A DNA stretch of 53,799 nucleotides, filler included, from Sluysia triapertura (taxonomy: Eukaryota), in the NCBI GenBank assembly GCA_046118255.1. It is 4 parts of 4 records of this genome, joined end to end, with 100 filler letters (N's around TTAATTAATTAA, not from the genome) between each part and the next. Parts side by side here need not be neighbours in the genome. Positions count along the whole stretch, not along the records: positions 1 to 15,983 come from JBJNIA010213587.1; 3 more parts are not named here. One strand, 5' to 3'. Shown in pieces: positions 1 to 13,223 of the stretch (its first letter is position 1; every line of letters begins with the position of its first letter). The notes beneath the pieces were generated by a model. That model made no database searches. It worked only from the letters and a program-made list of their open reading frames with translations, and was not told the origin of the DNA. A program made the translations under genes and the position numbers.

Positions 1-404
1 TGTTTTCAATTTTAATTATTTTTCGAAATAAAATTAATACAATAAAAATTTAGTAATAATTAATTTATACATAAATACATAATGCTTAAAAATACATAAA
101 ATAATAATTTTTACTTTAAGATAATGATTAAAATAATGCTTCTACATAGTGATTATAAACAGTTTTGATTCATGCAATTATTTTTCCAATTTGATTGATA
201 AAATGAGCAATATATCGCAGTCGTGATACGACAACTTGAAAATCGGGTACTTAATATTTTATTCATGATTGATTTAATGCATATGTTTATAAAAGATTTA
301 TGACCTCGTAAGGTCAAATGAATCACTTTATTCAAGAGTATTGTTATTAATTTATAATTCAAAAGTTATCATCAATATTTATTAATTCTTATTTAAAATT
401 TAAA

Positions 405-407
<3 letters not shown>

Positions 408-460
<53 letters not shown>
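408..460. repeat. (ATT)n microsatellite; a second tract at 611-650 flanks the other side of the tRNA-like element
   Basis: Direct reading of the sequence. Confidence 0.95.
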
Positions 461-609
461 GACTTCATAATATGGACTGACCGGGTATCGAACCCGGGAC
501 CTTTCGCTGTGCAGTTGCATGCTCTACAACTGAGATATCCGCCCCGTCTAACAATTTTAGATTATTATAGTCAATATTACCATCATGGCACCTTAGGCCC
601 ATATCCCAA

Positions 610-610
<1 letters not shown>
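461..610 (-). mobile_element. Full copy of a SINE-like repeat: ~65-nt leader followed by a tRNA-Cys-like module (544-473)
   Basis: Minus strand reads GGGCGGATATCTCAGTTGTAGAGC...CTGCACA...CCGGGTTCGATACCCGGTCAGTCCA, with A box, B box and GCA at the anticodon position, but the anticodon stem does not pair. The leader (TGTTGGG..GGCCTAAGGTGCCA..TTGACTATAATAATCTAAAATTGTTAGAC) is shared with four other copies. Confidence 0.8.
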
Positions 611-653
<43 letters not shown>

Positions 654-2814
654 TTTGAAATTTATTTCTCGTATATATTAAAATTTATTTATTATTATTA
701 AAATTTATTGATAAAACATTGAATTCATTTATTTTTAGATTATTTTATGCATATTCTAGATAATGTTTGTTAATTTGAACTTTGAATTTTGACATTGTTT
801 AATAAGTTCGTATTGTTAAATGATTTGTATTGACATTATTTTTATTATTATTATTGTTATTGTAGTTACAATTATAATTATAATTATTATCTTACCGCCT
901 ATTATATTTCGAGGACTTACCATTTCTCTTACAGTTTTGCAAATCATTACTTTTGGAATTATCATATCTATCTTAATTATTACAATTATTTTTATTCTCA
1001 TTTCTTATAAATTTTGGACTTATATCGTTTATAATTATCTTCATTGTCACTTCCATAATAAAGCTATTACTATCATCATTAAGGAATTTTTCTGTACTTC
1101 TTAATTTTTGTAGTCCTTAAAAGGATTTTTTGACATGTATAATTACTGTATAATTACAGTTAAATTGTGTAAAGGTGTAAAAAATTTTATTTTTATATTT
1201 TTTATTTTTATGATTTTTGTATGAAAAATGAAATTATAAAAATATTATAAGTAATTATTAAAATTTATATTATTTAAAAAATTATTAAATTAATTATATC
1301 AAAATTAAAATTATTATTATAAATTAATAAACATTACTAAAGAAACTTCTCGAAAGAAGTTTGTTTAAAATAAAAATTTTAAAAATGTCTTTATGACTAT
1401 ATAAAGACAAAAACAAAGAAAATTTAATTCACAATTAAATTATAAACAAAGAAAATCGCCATTATTCCAAACAAAGATAATTATAAATCAGAAGACTCCA
1501 TTTTGGTTATAGCGTGAATTCATGATCGGCTTGTGGCACATTCTATCAACTCTTTGATTCAATTTATACATTATCCCGCATCTACGATTAAAGGGATAGC
1601 GATCTCCAAACGTCAACATCACCACAGATCAAGTCAATCTTCAACAAATACTTCCAGCAGCCGAGCTCCGATTTTTATTATTGATTAATCCGTAAGTTAA
1701 TTTTACATAGCTGAACACTCACTTATTGAGTTAAAAGTTAAACGTAAAATACTATTTTTCACGGTTGGTCATTAAGGCCAATCACAAAATCCATTTAAAA
1801 TATAAAATCTTAGACCTTTATTTTTGTCGTATTAATAATTATCTGTTATTGAATTTTGTGTATTTATAACAATTTTACTTTATTTTAGTTCAAATTTTTA
1901 TATAATAAAATTATTAAAAAACTGTACATTTTGTTAATTATTCTAATATTAATCTCATAACTTAGACCTAACTGTGAGAAAAGTTAAGTGAATAGAATAA
2001 AAGTTGATTTAAGATTGTGAGTTCACCATCGTACTCGGACTTATCGGTTAGGGCCAGCCGTTGGATTTCGTGTAATGAAAGTCTCGAAAAATCTAAGAGA
2101 ATTTTTGTTTTCTAACTGTGTATTTTAATCGTCTGGAGGTTTAATGATTTTAGCGAATTTTTGCGTAAAATCCTTTTGACAAGGATCCTTTAAAAATTTT
2201 ATTTCGTAGTGAAAAAATTTAACTAGGGCAATCTTTACCAGGTGAAAATTTTTTATTTTTGAAAATATTTAAATTTAATATTAATAAAGACAATAATGAT
2301 TTTTTGTGAAAAATTTATTAGCTACACAGGATAAATAAGATTCTACAACACAAAATAATAATAATAATAAAATAGTTTACTAGGAATTATCCTTTGTAAT
2401 TCCAATTAATAAAATTTTATCAATGAGTTTACAATGATCTGATACAAGATCAAAATTATTTCATTAAAGGATTTTAAGTATATTTTACACTGATATTTAA
2501 TAATATCTTTTCCTAAATAAAATAAACTAACGTATACAGATTAGTTCGTGAAAGTTTTTTCAAATTTTTTGCTCTTCCAAAAAATTGATCCAGAAAATAT
2601 GTAAAAATTTTTTGTGAGTTTCGTGTGATTTTTTATTAATATTTATACTCTCACAAATTAACCTTGAGGGTTAATATTTAAACAAAATTATCAAATTAAA
2701 ATTTCAATTTTTTAAGCAAAATTATTAAATTAAATAATTAAAAGTTAATAATAAAATTAAAACTAACTAAAATGATAATAAATAAAATTTCCAGCAGTAA
2801 TTCAAAATAAATTA

Positions 2815-2975
2815 ATAAAATTTCCAATAAATCAATAATTTATTCAGTCAATATAAAATTTCCAATAAATCAATAATTCATTCAGTCAATAAATTATAAC
2901 ATTAATAATAAATCATTTGATTTGTTTTCAATAATAATGTAAATATTGATTTGTTTTCAATAATAATGTAAATAA
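2815..2975. repeat. Two adjacent local tandem duplications (~37 bp x2 and ~29 bp x2)
   Basis: taaaatttccaataaatcaataat(t/c)attcagtcaata occurs twice; ttgatttgttttcaataataatgtaaata occurs twice. Confidence 0.85.
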
Positions 2976-3499
2976 GTTTATTGACTTTTGTTGACTTTTG
3001 ACCTTGACAGTATCATGTAATTATTATTGTCGGTTTAATTATTTGTGTGAGAGATGGTTTGATTGTGAGACTTGGGATTAATTAGATGATGAGAGTATAA
3101 AATAAAAATTTTTAAAATTTCACAACACAATCACACCATTGCACAGGCATCGAGTAGAAGATCCATGGATGTGGTAATACTTTTTATTATTTTAAATAAA
3201 ATAAAGTAAAATAAATAAGATTTTTAAGGAAAATCTTATATAATAGTAATTTCGTAATAATAAATAAATTTAATTTTATGGGAATTATTATTATTATTAT
3301 CAATTATATTTTTATTACATTTTTATTTTTACATTCAATTATTATTTTAGTAACTTTTTAGATATTCAAAAATTCGATTTTTGGGAAGAACCCTGCCCAA
3401 TTTATTTTCAAAATATTTTTAGGTTTTCATCACAACCCTACAAAATAATTGTAAGATGTCATAATGACACCTTATATTATTTAAAATCATAAAAAATAT

Positions 3500-3700
3500 T
3501 CTAAAATCATTTAAATTAATTAAGAAACAATTATTTTTCAAAAAAGAAATTACTTTTTCTAAAAAAGAAAATTAGCTTCTATAAATAACATAGAACATTC
3601 CATCGATTTTCATTGGATGATGACTAGTATATAAACTAGCATCAATACAGTGAAAATCACCATTTAAAAATTTAGCTATTTGCAACATTATCAGATACCA
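3500..3700 (+). repeat. Dispersed repeat; inverted copy at ~41010-41240
   Basis: Shared blocks aaaaaagaaaattagcttcta, catagaacatt, gatgacta..ta..taaactagcatca and gaaaatc.ccattt. Confidence 0.7.
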
Positions 3701-4214
3701 CTTTATTAAATATTTTGCACGTGATACAACTGTCTACATTTTTATCAAACGGATCTAAATTTTCATCCATTCTACGCGGATTAAACTTTCAAGAAACATC
3801 GGGAGTCATCTGCTCGGAACTATTTTCAATCCGTGCAACAAGTAATATGTTTTTATTAAGACTGATATTTGTTTTTCCTAAGAAAACAAATATCATAAAA
3901 TCTAAGTAAAATCATCTTTCGTTTATTTTAACCTTAAGGTTCCCCGATATATTGAGGGGTAAAATCTAGTGTAAACTGATATTTATTAATTATTAAAGAC
4001 TCATAGAAGTTTTAATAATAAATTTCATAATTCATTTTATTCTTTCATCTTTATTCTGTTGTATGAATAATTCAAGTTGTATGAATTTTTAATTCTTTAA
4101 TAAAAAGTTTTGTTAGTTGTTTGTGAATTTATTAGACAGTCTAGTTATAAGTGTATAAATTTAATTTACTATATTTAGTTTACCTTAGTTTACCTTAATT
4201 TACCTTATTTTGCC

Positions 4215-4310
4215 TTCTTTACGACGTAAGACGCTTACTGTAACCGGACCCTGCTCTATTTTCCATTTTGCCGTAGGTTTAAACTTAAATTTTAATAAAA
4301 ACCACAGTAA
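4215..4310 (+). repeat. Dispersed repeat with core TGTAACCG(G/A)ACCCTGCT; inverted copies ending near 40568 and 53044
   Basis: tgtaaccggaccctgctctattttccattttgccg matches the reverse complement of 53010-53044 (tgtaaccgaaccctgctatatttttattttgccg), and more weakly 40545-40590. Confidence 0.7.
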
Positions 4311-4786
4311 TATTTTAAGTTAATAATTTGATTTTTAGCCATGTGTAAAATAATTTTGTGGGAAACACTCTGCCAAATTTATTTTTAAAATATTTAACCA
4401 ACATTACTATTTTAAACTTTCTGGATATTGATATTTTTAGTGTTTGTTGCATCACTCCTGGTTTCTTTAGATAGATTGTTATATCTTTGATACTATTATA
4501 AATGTTATTGTCAATCTCATCACTTTAGTCACTTTTAGTATCGTTTAGTGGAGATTTATGATAATAACAATTTGTTTTTGATTTTTGTTTAAGCAGTAAG
4601 TTTTTGTGTTGTTGTTATTGATTTGATTTTCAAAAACTTAATTTTGGGGTGAATAATTATTATTATCAAAATAAGGAAATTACTGAAAATTTATACTTGA
4701 TATAGTTAATACCTAAATTATTGAGATTCGTTTTAAGCTAATTAAACTGATATTGATTTATCGTAGCTAATAACTTTCAAAGACGC

Positions 4787-4829
<43 letters not shown>

Positions 4830-7800
4830 TACAAAGCTCATTTTTAATTTATACTCTCATTCTAATCATTTTGATTTCACAAAATCACATTAATAAAAAT
4901 CATTTTTAAAATTATAAAAATTATTATTGAGATCACAATGCTTTTATATTAATTTAAAGTGAGATTATAAAGAATTAATATGAATTCAAAATTTAGTAAC
5001 AAATATTAATTATATAAAAATAATCATTTTAAAATGGGATTCAATAAAGACAACATGAAACAAAATTTATAAACATCAAACCTTACTATTAGTCAATAAA
5101 ATCTTTTTAAAATAAGAATTAATAATAATATAAAATCAAACTTTAAGAAAATAATATCTGATCAAAACATGATCTAGAAAATTATGATAAATAAAATAAA
5201 ATCATATTAAATTAAATTTAAATAGAATCAAAATTTAATAACATTATATTAAAGATAGAATAGATGGAAGTTAAATGTAATAAAAATGTAAAAGCATTGT
5301 AATCGACTAAAATCATTTTAAATTGAAATTACCTAGAAATAATATAAAATTAAAATTTAGTAAAATATAAAATATAAAATTTTATTTGTAAATTTATTAA
5401 ACCTCCATAATTTCATGTAACTGTGTGTATAATACAAAAATGATCTGATATAATATTAACGTCATTATAAATTTGAATTTTTAGATATAAATAATTCTAC
5501 ATATATAATTCGATATAATACTAATATAATTATAGAAGAGATTTGATATAATATTGATTTGTAATTTTTATGGTTATAACAACCGAAAATTAATATAAAA
5601 GAGCGATGTACAAGCTCTAAGAATCCCAAAAACAAATCTTGATTTTATCGAAGTTTTACCGATTTTAATTCTGTTGGCGTTTTATCAGTCTAAAGAACAA
5701 ATCAAATCGATAGTGATTTTATTTACATTTTACTGACGCTTAGGGAAACAAAGTAACACCAACAACTGTTATGGTAAGTGATCAACATAAGTGGGCAATC
5801 AGCATCATCTATATCAAGAAGGAACTCAATCATTATTGGTAAGATTATTAATTTTCTGTTCAATTAATAATTTTTAAATTTATTGTAAATTTATGAAATT
5901 TCTTTTCAGAGAAATTTCAATTTCTTTTCGCTGTCGATAGTGTCATTATAAAGAATAAAATTATTAATTGGAAATTTATTTTAAATTAATAACATTTCTC
6001 TAATATTAAAATTATCATTGTTAGCTATCATCATTTATTGTTATACTTAAATAAATTGTTATTTGAATTTATTTTCAGTTTTAACGAGAGTTACCACATG
6101 AGAAAAGAATAAGATTACAGTTTTGTAAAATAAAGTTTCACAAAGTGAAAGAAAACTCTGTAACATGCAGTAAATTTGTATATTCTGTATGAAATGGTAA
6201 ATTTTGTTTTACCCGGGGCACTCGAAACCCTAGATCCGGTCCATCTTCCATTTCAGGATATCTGAGACGAGTATTGTAAATTACACTTCATAATTAAGGT
6301 CTTAGGTAACTAGAGTCAGTTAATATACAAATTTTAATGTTTTAACCATAAAATAAACAGAATATACGTACATATATCTGATTATACTGCATAATCTAAT
6401 TGTGTTATAGTCCAGATGTTGGTGCCGTCAGACAATTATCTAATTCTATCTATGTATTACTTCTTAGAGAACAAATAATTTGAAAAAATGTATGACACGA
6501 AATTCGTATTGACCGAATATTAGGAACGAGCTTTTTGTAAAGAGAAATTTGTCAATAAAATATTTGATTTAAGTTATTAGGAGTGTAATCAATTCAATGT
6601 CTCATTGAAAATTTATATCTTTTCTTCTATTTTCTCTTCTAATCGCGTGGCTGTACGAAAATGTGGATATAAGAAGTATTTTCTTTAGAGATATAAGACG
6701 AACAATGAAATTGGAGGTATTAAATTGATTAAAAACAACACTTTATTGATAAAATAACGCATTTTCTTAAGATAATTGCTAATATGCATGTTTATGCGGT
6801 CCGTTCCGTAAGGCAGTGAAATGAAGTTCTCAATGAGATAACAAAATATATTTTCTGCATTAAAAATTAAATAATGATTATAGTTTAAATATTTACAATC
6901 GTCTTCATAATAGTATGTAAGTCATATTATCTGTTATTATTATATCATTATCATAAAATTTTTATTAAACGCTTATAAATTGTATAAATATTATTATTAT
7001 AATAAAAATGCAATTAATGGAATAAATAATGGAATAATAATAGAAAAATCAGGACCGTAACTAGGCCCTTTAGCAAAGGTCCGCAAACTAGGAGGCGAGT
7101 TCCCGATTGCCCAAGTGTATATCAGGAGATGAGTGAGAACTATAAAATCAAGGAATAACTGATACAAATTGATGGATTGAACATTATAAACATTGTTGAA
7201 ATAAGAATCATGAAAAAGAAAGCATTTGTAATGACCTTAACAGCTAAAGAATATCTTAATGTTCAGAAGACCTACATAAAAGTTTGAGACTTTATGGAAG
7301 CTCGAGATGGACTTGAAAAACCTTTAGAAGTATTAAGGTACCTTTGAACTTTTAAACCTTTAGATCATTTAAGACCATATTAATTTTAAGTATTCTTGAA
7401 GCATCTATAAAAATTTGAGATCCTTTAGTAATCTTATAAAGTATTTAAAATCTTTGAAATAGTTGAGAAATAAAATTATTGTTATTGGTATTAAGAATAA
7501 ATCTAGTATAGTAATAATTAACATGAAGATGTAGTAAAAGGAATCAGAGAGGTGAAGGTGAAAACATCTAGAGCCTCATGAATGCCTTATAAACTACTAA
7601 ATAGCCTTGGAACCTTAATAAAGCCTTTAAACAAAATAAAATTAAGTCTAAAAATAGATTAAGTAATTAAAATCTTAACTTAATTAAGAAAAAGTACGTT
7701 TTTGTAAATAACTATTGAATGCCGAATGCTATGTTGAATTTTAAACTATGTATTTGTTTTGAAAAGACCTTTAAATCAAGGTTCATGCAAGAAAAGCTTA

Positions 7801-8724
7801 ATATTAGCAAAGTCAAATTTTAATTAATTTTTAAGTTGCGACTTTAAAAATTATTAGTTATGATAACTCAATATTATGTTATGACTAATATGGTGCTTGT
7901 GCTAAACATTCATTTTCTGCCATTCATAAATATTGTGCTATTGATTTTTATGACTAATATAGTGCTATTTTATGAACATTAATTGTGCCAAACATACATT
8001 TATTATTAACACATATATATATTTAACTGCGAATTAATATTGATTTTTTAATTTGTATTATTTAATTAATTTAATATTTTGGAAATATTTTTGGAATTAG
8101 TCAATTATTTTTAAGATTATAATTTCTTTTAATTATTTTAATTAGCTTGAAAAGAATCTTACTAATTTAGTAGTCATTATATCAAGTATTATTTTCCAGC
8201 AATTCTCTTACTTAATATCGATAACTACTCAGCCCAAAAGTGAGCTCTTCGAAATCAAATCAAAAGTAACACAATAATTTACTATTTAACAAAAACCTCT
8301 ACTAAACAATAATGCTAGATTTTCACTTATTTTTCTGTTTATACTGTTTATTAAGTAGACGTATCCACAGAAAATAGCTACAAAAGAAATTGCCTTAATC
8401 TTGCTAACGAAAGTCACTTAATACAGGATTTTTTGCAATTTTTCGACTAAAGTAACTAATCTGAACGATCCTATTAAGAAGTTTGCTCCTAAATATTCTT
8501 TATATCAATTTATACGCGAATTTAAATAGGTTTATTATCGTATTCCTGTTATCCTATTAACAATTTTAAGTTTAAAGATCCCTTAAAATTTGTAATTCAA
8601 ACAATTTATTTTATTTTATATTCTACAATTAACGAACGAACAATACATTAATTTATTAACAATGTAATTAACGAACGAAGAGTAAAATAAATTTATTAAG
8701 GAAGTTACAATTTCTATGGTAAAC

Positions 8725-8785
<61 letters not shown>
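8725..8785. repeat. (AAT)n microsatellite (similar tracts at ~4788-4828 and ~13663-13730)
   Basis: Direct reading; these tracts explain the poly-Ile ORFs in the track. Confidence 0.95.
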
Positions 8786-8788
<3 letters not shown>

Positions 8789-9668
8789 TCAACAAGAGAA
8801 AACAATGTTCTCTGATTGTAAATATAAAATTTTGGTCTAGAGTTTAATCCAGGTTTAATACTTGGGTGCAAAGTTAAATAATTTTACGTATGATTTTGAG
8901 GCTAAATTTATTAAAGCCTAACTTAACAAGTATTATCTTACTTAATGCTGATAAAAATCCGAGAAAATATTGTTCTTCAAATCAATACGATTAGTAGTAC
9001 CTGATTCTCCAAATCACTTCTGAAAATCCAAATAAATTCTTCTTAATGAAAACTGATAAATTTGGTTATGTTAGCCGCATTATAACCAAATTTCGAAAAT
9101 CCAAATATCACGACAGTAACTTTAAAACGTTTATAAAAATTTCTCGGCTGATTAATGTTGTTTTCCGAATCTTCTTGTATTTTTGTATGTATATTTATTG
9201 ATGATAGATAATAAATATTTTTATTCTTCTTAGTGCCATAAAAATGTTTTTTATTTATCGGAATTTAGTAATTTGCTCATAAAATTTTATAGAATTATTT
9301 TTTAATATTATTTTTATTATTTTTCTCACAGTTATTAAAATCAAATAAATTTTTTATAATGATCTATAGTTTTATTTACAATTTAAATTTACAAATTAAA
9401 ATTTTAGAATAAAATAATAATATTTACAATCAAATGATTTTTAATACAATTTTTCTAAAATCAATATACAAATTTTTTAATATTTACAAAACTGATTCAT
9501 ATTTAAAAAGGTTCGTAATTGATTTATCTGTTTTGAATATTTGACTTTATTATTGGTAATTTATAGCTGTAAAATTAGTTAGTCTCATTTGTTTTAATAT
9601 TTTGATATTTTTATCATTATACAGAATTTAATTGAGGTTGATTTATTGAATTTTTGATTTTAAAGTTA

Positions 9669-9776
9669 TGATGAGATAAAGGCCTAAGGTGGCACTTGGT
9701 ATGGTTGACTATTCTAATCTAAAAATTGTTAGATGGGGCTGATAGCTCAGTGGGTAGAGCACCGAACTGCACAGCA
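9669..9776 (+). mobile_element. 3'-truncated copy of the leader + tRNA-Cys-like repeat
   Basis: gataaaggcctaaggtggca...ttgactattctaatctaaaaattgttagatggggctgatagctcagtgggtagagcaccgaactgcacagc; stops just after the anticodon loop. Confidence 0.8.
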
Positions 9777-10579
9777 ATTTTCCATAATAAATACAGTTAT
9801 ATCTTACCAAAAGCACAAAAGAACCCTGTTTTGCAGATAGCAACTTTTAGGAGTCATTTCACTTGTTTAACTTCTAGAAATTCTCTGATCTTTCAACTTT
9901 TATTAGCACATAACACCAATTTTTCTTTCTTAACATTTCAGTCCAGAAAAGGTTCAATTCTTCATTTTCGTATTTAAGACATTAAAAGTGAGTATCTTGG
10001 AACCCAAAAATATTTCATGACTATTTTTGCTGGAAAATCAGGGATTTTATTTAATTTTCAAGTTCTTACAGGTGTCAAATTTTAAGACTATTCACTCGCA
10101 GTTTCCTTATTTAAATTTCTGGAACCACTTTTTGCTTGAAATTTTATTAAAGCTGCCAATAACTTTAGAACTAGTGTTATACCTGAAAAGGATACAATGT
10201 CGAATATGACTCTTTCATGAAATAAATTTGTCTTTGAAAGTTCAATCAACATTTATATGTTTTCAATTTCGATTTTAAATCTGCATAAAAATTTTCAGTA
10301 AAGACTTTCTTTCACTCGAATAGCACATATTCTCGGAAATGAAGCGAATCATTTGAGGATGTGAAAATGATAAATAAATGCTTAATTGAGGTTCTTCATT
10401 TCTTAAATTCAGACAGTATGTTTAAATGAAAACAATTAATGTGGTGGCCAGCACCGTTACTCAAAATTTCAAACACTTCATACACATTACTACACAACCA
10501 AAGAACAACTAAATAACTTAAAACATTAAATATTAATAACTTAAAATCTTTTTAGTTAAAAATTCAAAATTTTGTAAAA

Positions 10580-11750
10580 AAATGAAATTTCTATAAAACT
10601 AATCAATCGACTTTATGACAATTAACAAAGAAATTTGAAAAATTAAAAGAATTGTATCGCAAGCATGTTAACTAATCGAAAAGTAATGAACATATTAAAT
10701 GAAAGGAATATTCATCAAACTAAATTAAACTTTAAAGCAAGATTTAATGATCGTGCTATAATGAAAAGATCGCTTAAAGATATTCAGTTTTATCATTCCG
10801 TAATGAAAACTACAATGACGATGATTTTAGAACCTATTTTGTGCAAAAGGGATAGTATTGATCGAATTATTGCTGAAAATATCATTAATGCAAAATTAGA
10901 AGCTTTTACCAATCAGCCGGAACTATTAATTATGCAAATGAGCGTTTAACTGTTGAAGTTTTCAAAGTATTCCTTAAATTGAAATACAAAGCACCAGATT
11001 CTTTTATCAAATAATCCTATAGAAGTTCCTGAACAACATAACTTTCGTATCGAAGGAGTGATTAATAAGTACTTTGTTGATTAAAATTTTATGCTTAAAG
11101 TAACAATTAGTTTGATTTCAAATTGTCTAATAATGAACACCGATTTCGAAGTGTATACGACTTACAGAGTTTGGGTCAGCGGAAGCCTTCCTAGTGTAAC
11201 CAGATGATTTAACATATATTACATTAAAAAGTATTAGACAGAACTGCTCTGATTATGACTTGATAGACGTATTAATGATCTACTTACCTAATAGTAGGTG
11301 TTCTACTGATTTAATGATCGAATTAACTAATTTAAATCACAAAGAGATGTTAATTATGTTTAGTCATGATAAATATTTTAAACTTAACCATTTATCCAAA
11401 GATATTATACCAACGTATGATCTAGTATTTTACGTAGTTGATGTAAACATAGTACCAAATAAACTGCCTTTAAAAAATTATACAGTTATTATAGTGACCC
11501 AATGGAACAAGAATGCGTGTTAGAATTAATTAATTTTGAAAATATCGATGAGCTCTACGAATATTGTCTTATACGGAACCATTCTGTAATTGAAGTCATG
11601 CAATACTTCTCTCAAACCACACGCACAATTGGCATTGTAGTATGGGTAAATATAATTATACGTACTCGAGAATATTCCAGTTAGTTCTTCCATTTCTGAC
11701 ATAACATTAGACATATTAGTTGCAAATGTTCCGTTTAAAACTAAAACTAT
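10580..11750 (+). pseudogene. Decayed intronless orphan coding region of unknown family (probably mobile-element cargo)
   Basis: Run of same-strand ORF fragments (10665-10949, 11260-11523, 11502-11684) with protein-like composition, linked by stops and frameshifts; no motif recognised. Confidence 0.4.
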
Positions 11751-11838
11751 GTACCAAAGAAAAAGATTATATTCATCATATTTATGTAATTTTCTGATAT
11801 TTTTAATATTTTGTTATCATTATAAAATTTTTACTTGT

Positions 11839-12060
11839 TGTGAAAGAGATGAAATAAGTTTTTATTTTGTTATTTGCTGTTCATTTAAAGAATTAATCGT
11901 AGGCCTTAAGCTTACTGTACATTTCGAGTCTAAAACAATGAGTACGGGCTTTAAGTCCCACTTTAGCAAATTAATTGTAATTATTTTAAAAAATTTCTTT
12001 TTATTACGAATTTTTCATTTAATAAAACCTCGACCATCACAGTGGTGTCAGGAGTGGGAT
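11839..12060 (+). mobile_element. 5' LTR (~11839-12041) followed by a tRNA-Leu primer-binding site (12043-12060); internal region truncated
   Basis: TGTGA...TCACA termini, AATAAA at 12021, then TGGTGTCAGGAGTGGGAT, the complement of the 3' 18 nt of tRNA-Leu(CAG) including CCA. The LTR start is inferred from the inverted terminus only. Confidence 0.75.
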
Positions 12061-13223
12061 TTAACGTCCATTTATTTCTTTATAAAACTGAGTGAACCAA
12101 CAATAAAATATATTAGCTAATAAACAATGAAAAATATAAATTATTATTATCAAAGTCTGTAAATATCAATCATCAAATAATTATTTATTTTAAATATAAA
12201 CATAAATTGGAAGTACAATTTATTCAATTCGTTGAACAAAGTTCATAGATTATAACGACATAAAAAGGCAGCAAAAATTAAGGCGTCGTCGACTTTAATT
12301 GGAAATAATTATGTGGGATATCTGTTCAGAGCTTATTTCAATTGAAAACTTCGAATAATTCATCTCAGGATTAAAATCATTGTCTGTAATAATCAAAGTA
12401 AGATAATAATTTTTAAGTATTGCTTCGATAGGTAGCATTAAAATATGACTCAAAATTTAATACATTAAACCCAAGAATAACTCCTGGGTTAAAATATTCT
12501 CTAAAATCACTATATTTATGAAGAACAGAAAATCTTCGAGTTTTAAATTGTATATATTATTATTATTTGGTTGTTGTAGTAATTTTTCTTTGAAGTATAT
12601 TTTAATCTTACGGTTTGAGTTCATTATTTAAAGTTTGTAAGTAATTTACTAAATTAGAGAATCCTTGTAAAAGTTATAATACATTTTAGATAAGTTTAGA
12701 GAAATATATATATTGTTTTTAAGTTTATTGAAGTTTACACGTAATTTGCTTTTTAGATAAGTTTAAATTGAGGATACATATTGTTATTTGATTAATAGTT
12801 ATTTGCTGAACGATAAATTAAAGGATTTTGTGTTTACGGATACATATACAATACAGTTATTGAAAGCGTAAGAGAAAACTTTTGCATTAATAAGAAGATT
12901 ATTTATTCGGTAGCTACGTCTACTGTACGTTCTAAATCGTAGACTACAGACAAACACGCTTAAATTTTATAATTGTTATAAGACATTTTACTTAAAATTA
13001 TAACACATTAAATTATCACGATTTAAGGAATAAATGTAATGATAAAATTTAAACATCTTTTATTTTATTATATGTAAATATGAATGTGTAACTACGAATG
13101 AATAAAAGTTATATCACTCAAATAAAAAATGTCTCAATATTTTAATAAATTTTTAATACCTTTTTTATAATATCAAGTATTTATAATTTAACTTCATCTT
13201 TATTAATGGGAAAGAAATATAAC

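Noticed and set aside
473-544. Functional tRNA-Cys(GCA) gene
   Set aside because: The anticodon stem cannot pair, the A box is mutated in this copy, and it belongs to a multi-copy, often truncated family with a shared flank.
816-1104. Ile-rich membrane-protein-like ORFs (also 8668-8871 and 13588-13782)
   Set aside because: Products of degenerate (ATT/AAT)n sequence.
4239-4260. TGTAAC as an LTR 5' terminus
   Set aside because: Similarity between copies extends upstream of the TG (taagacg.tta), so it is not a boundary.
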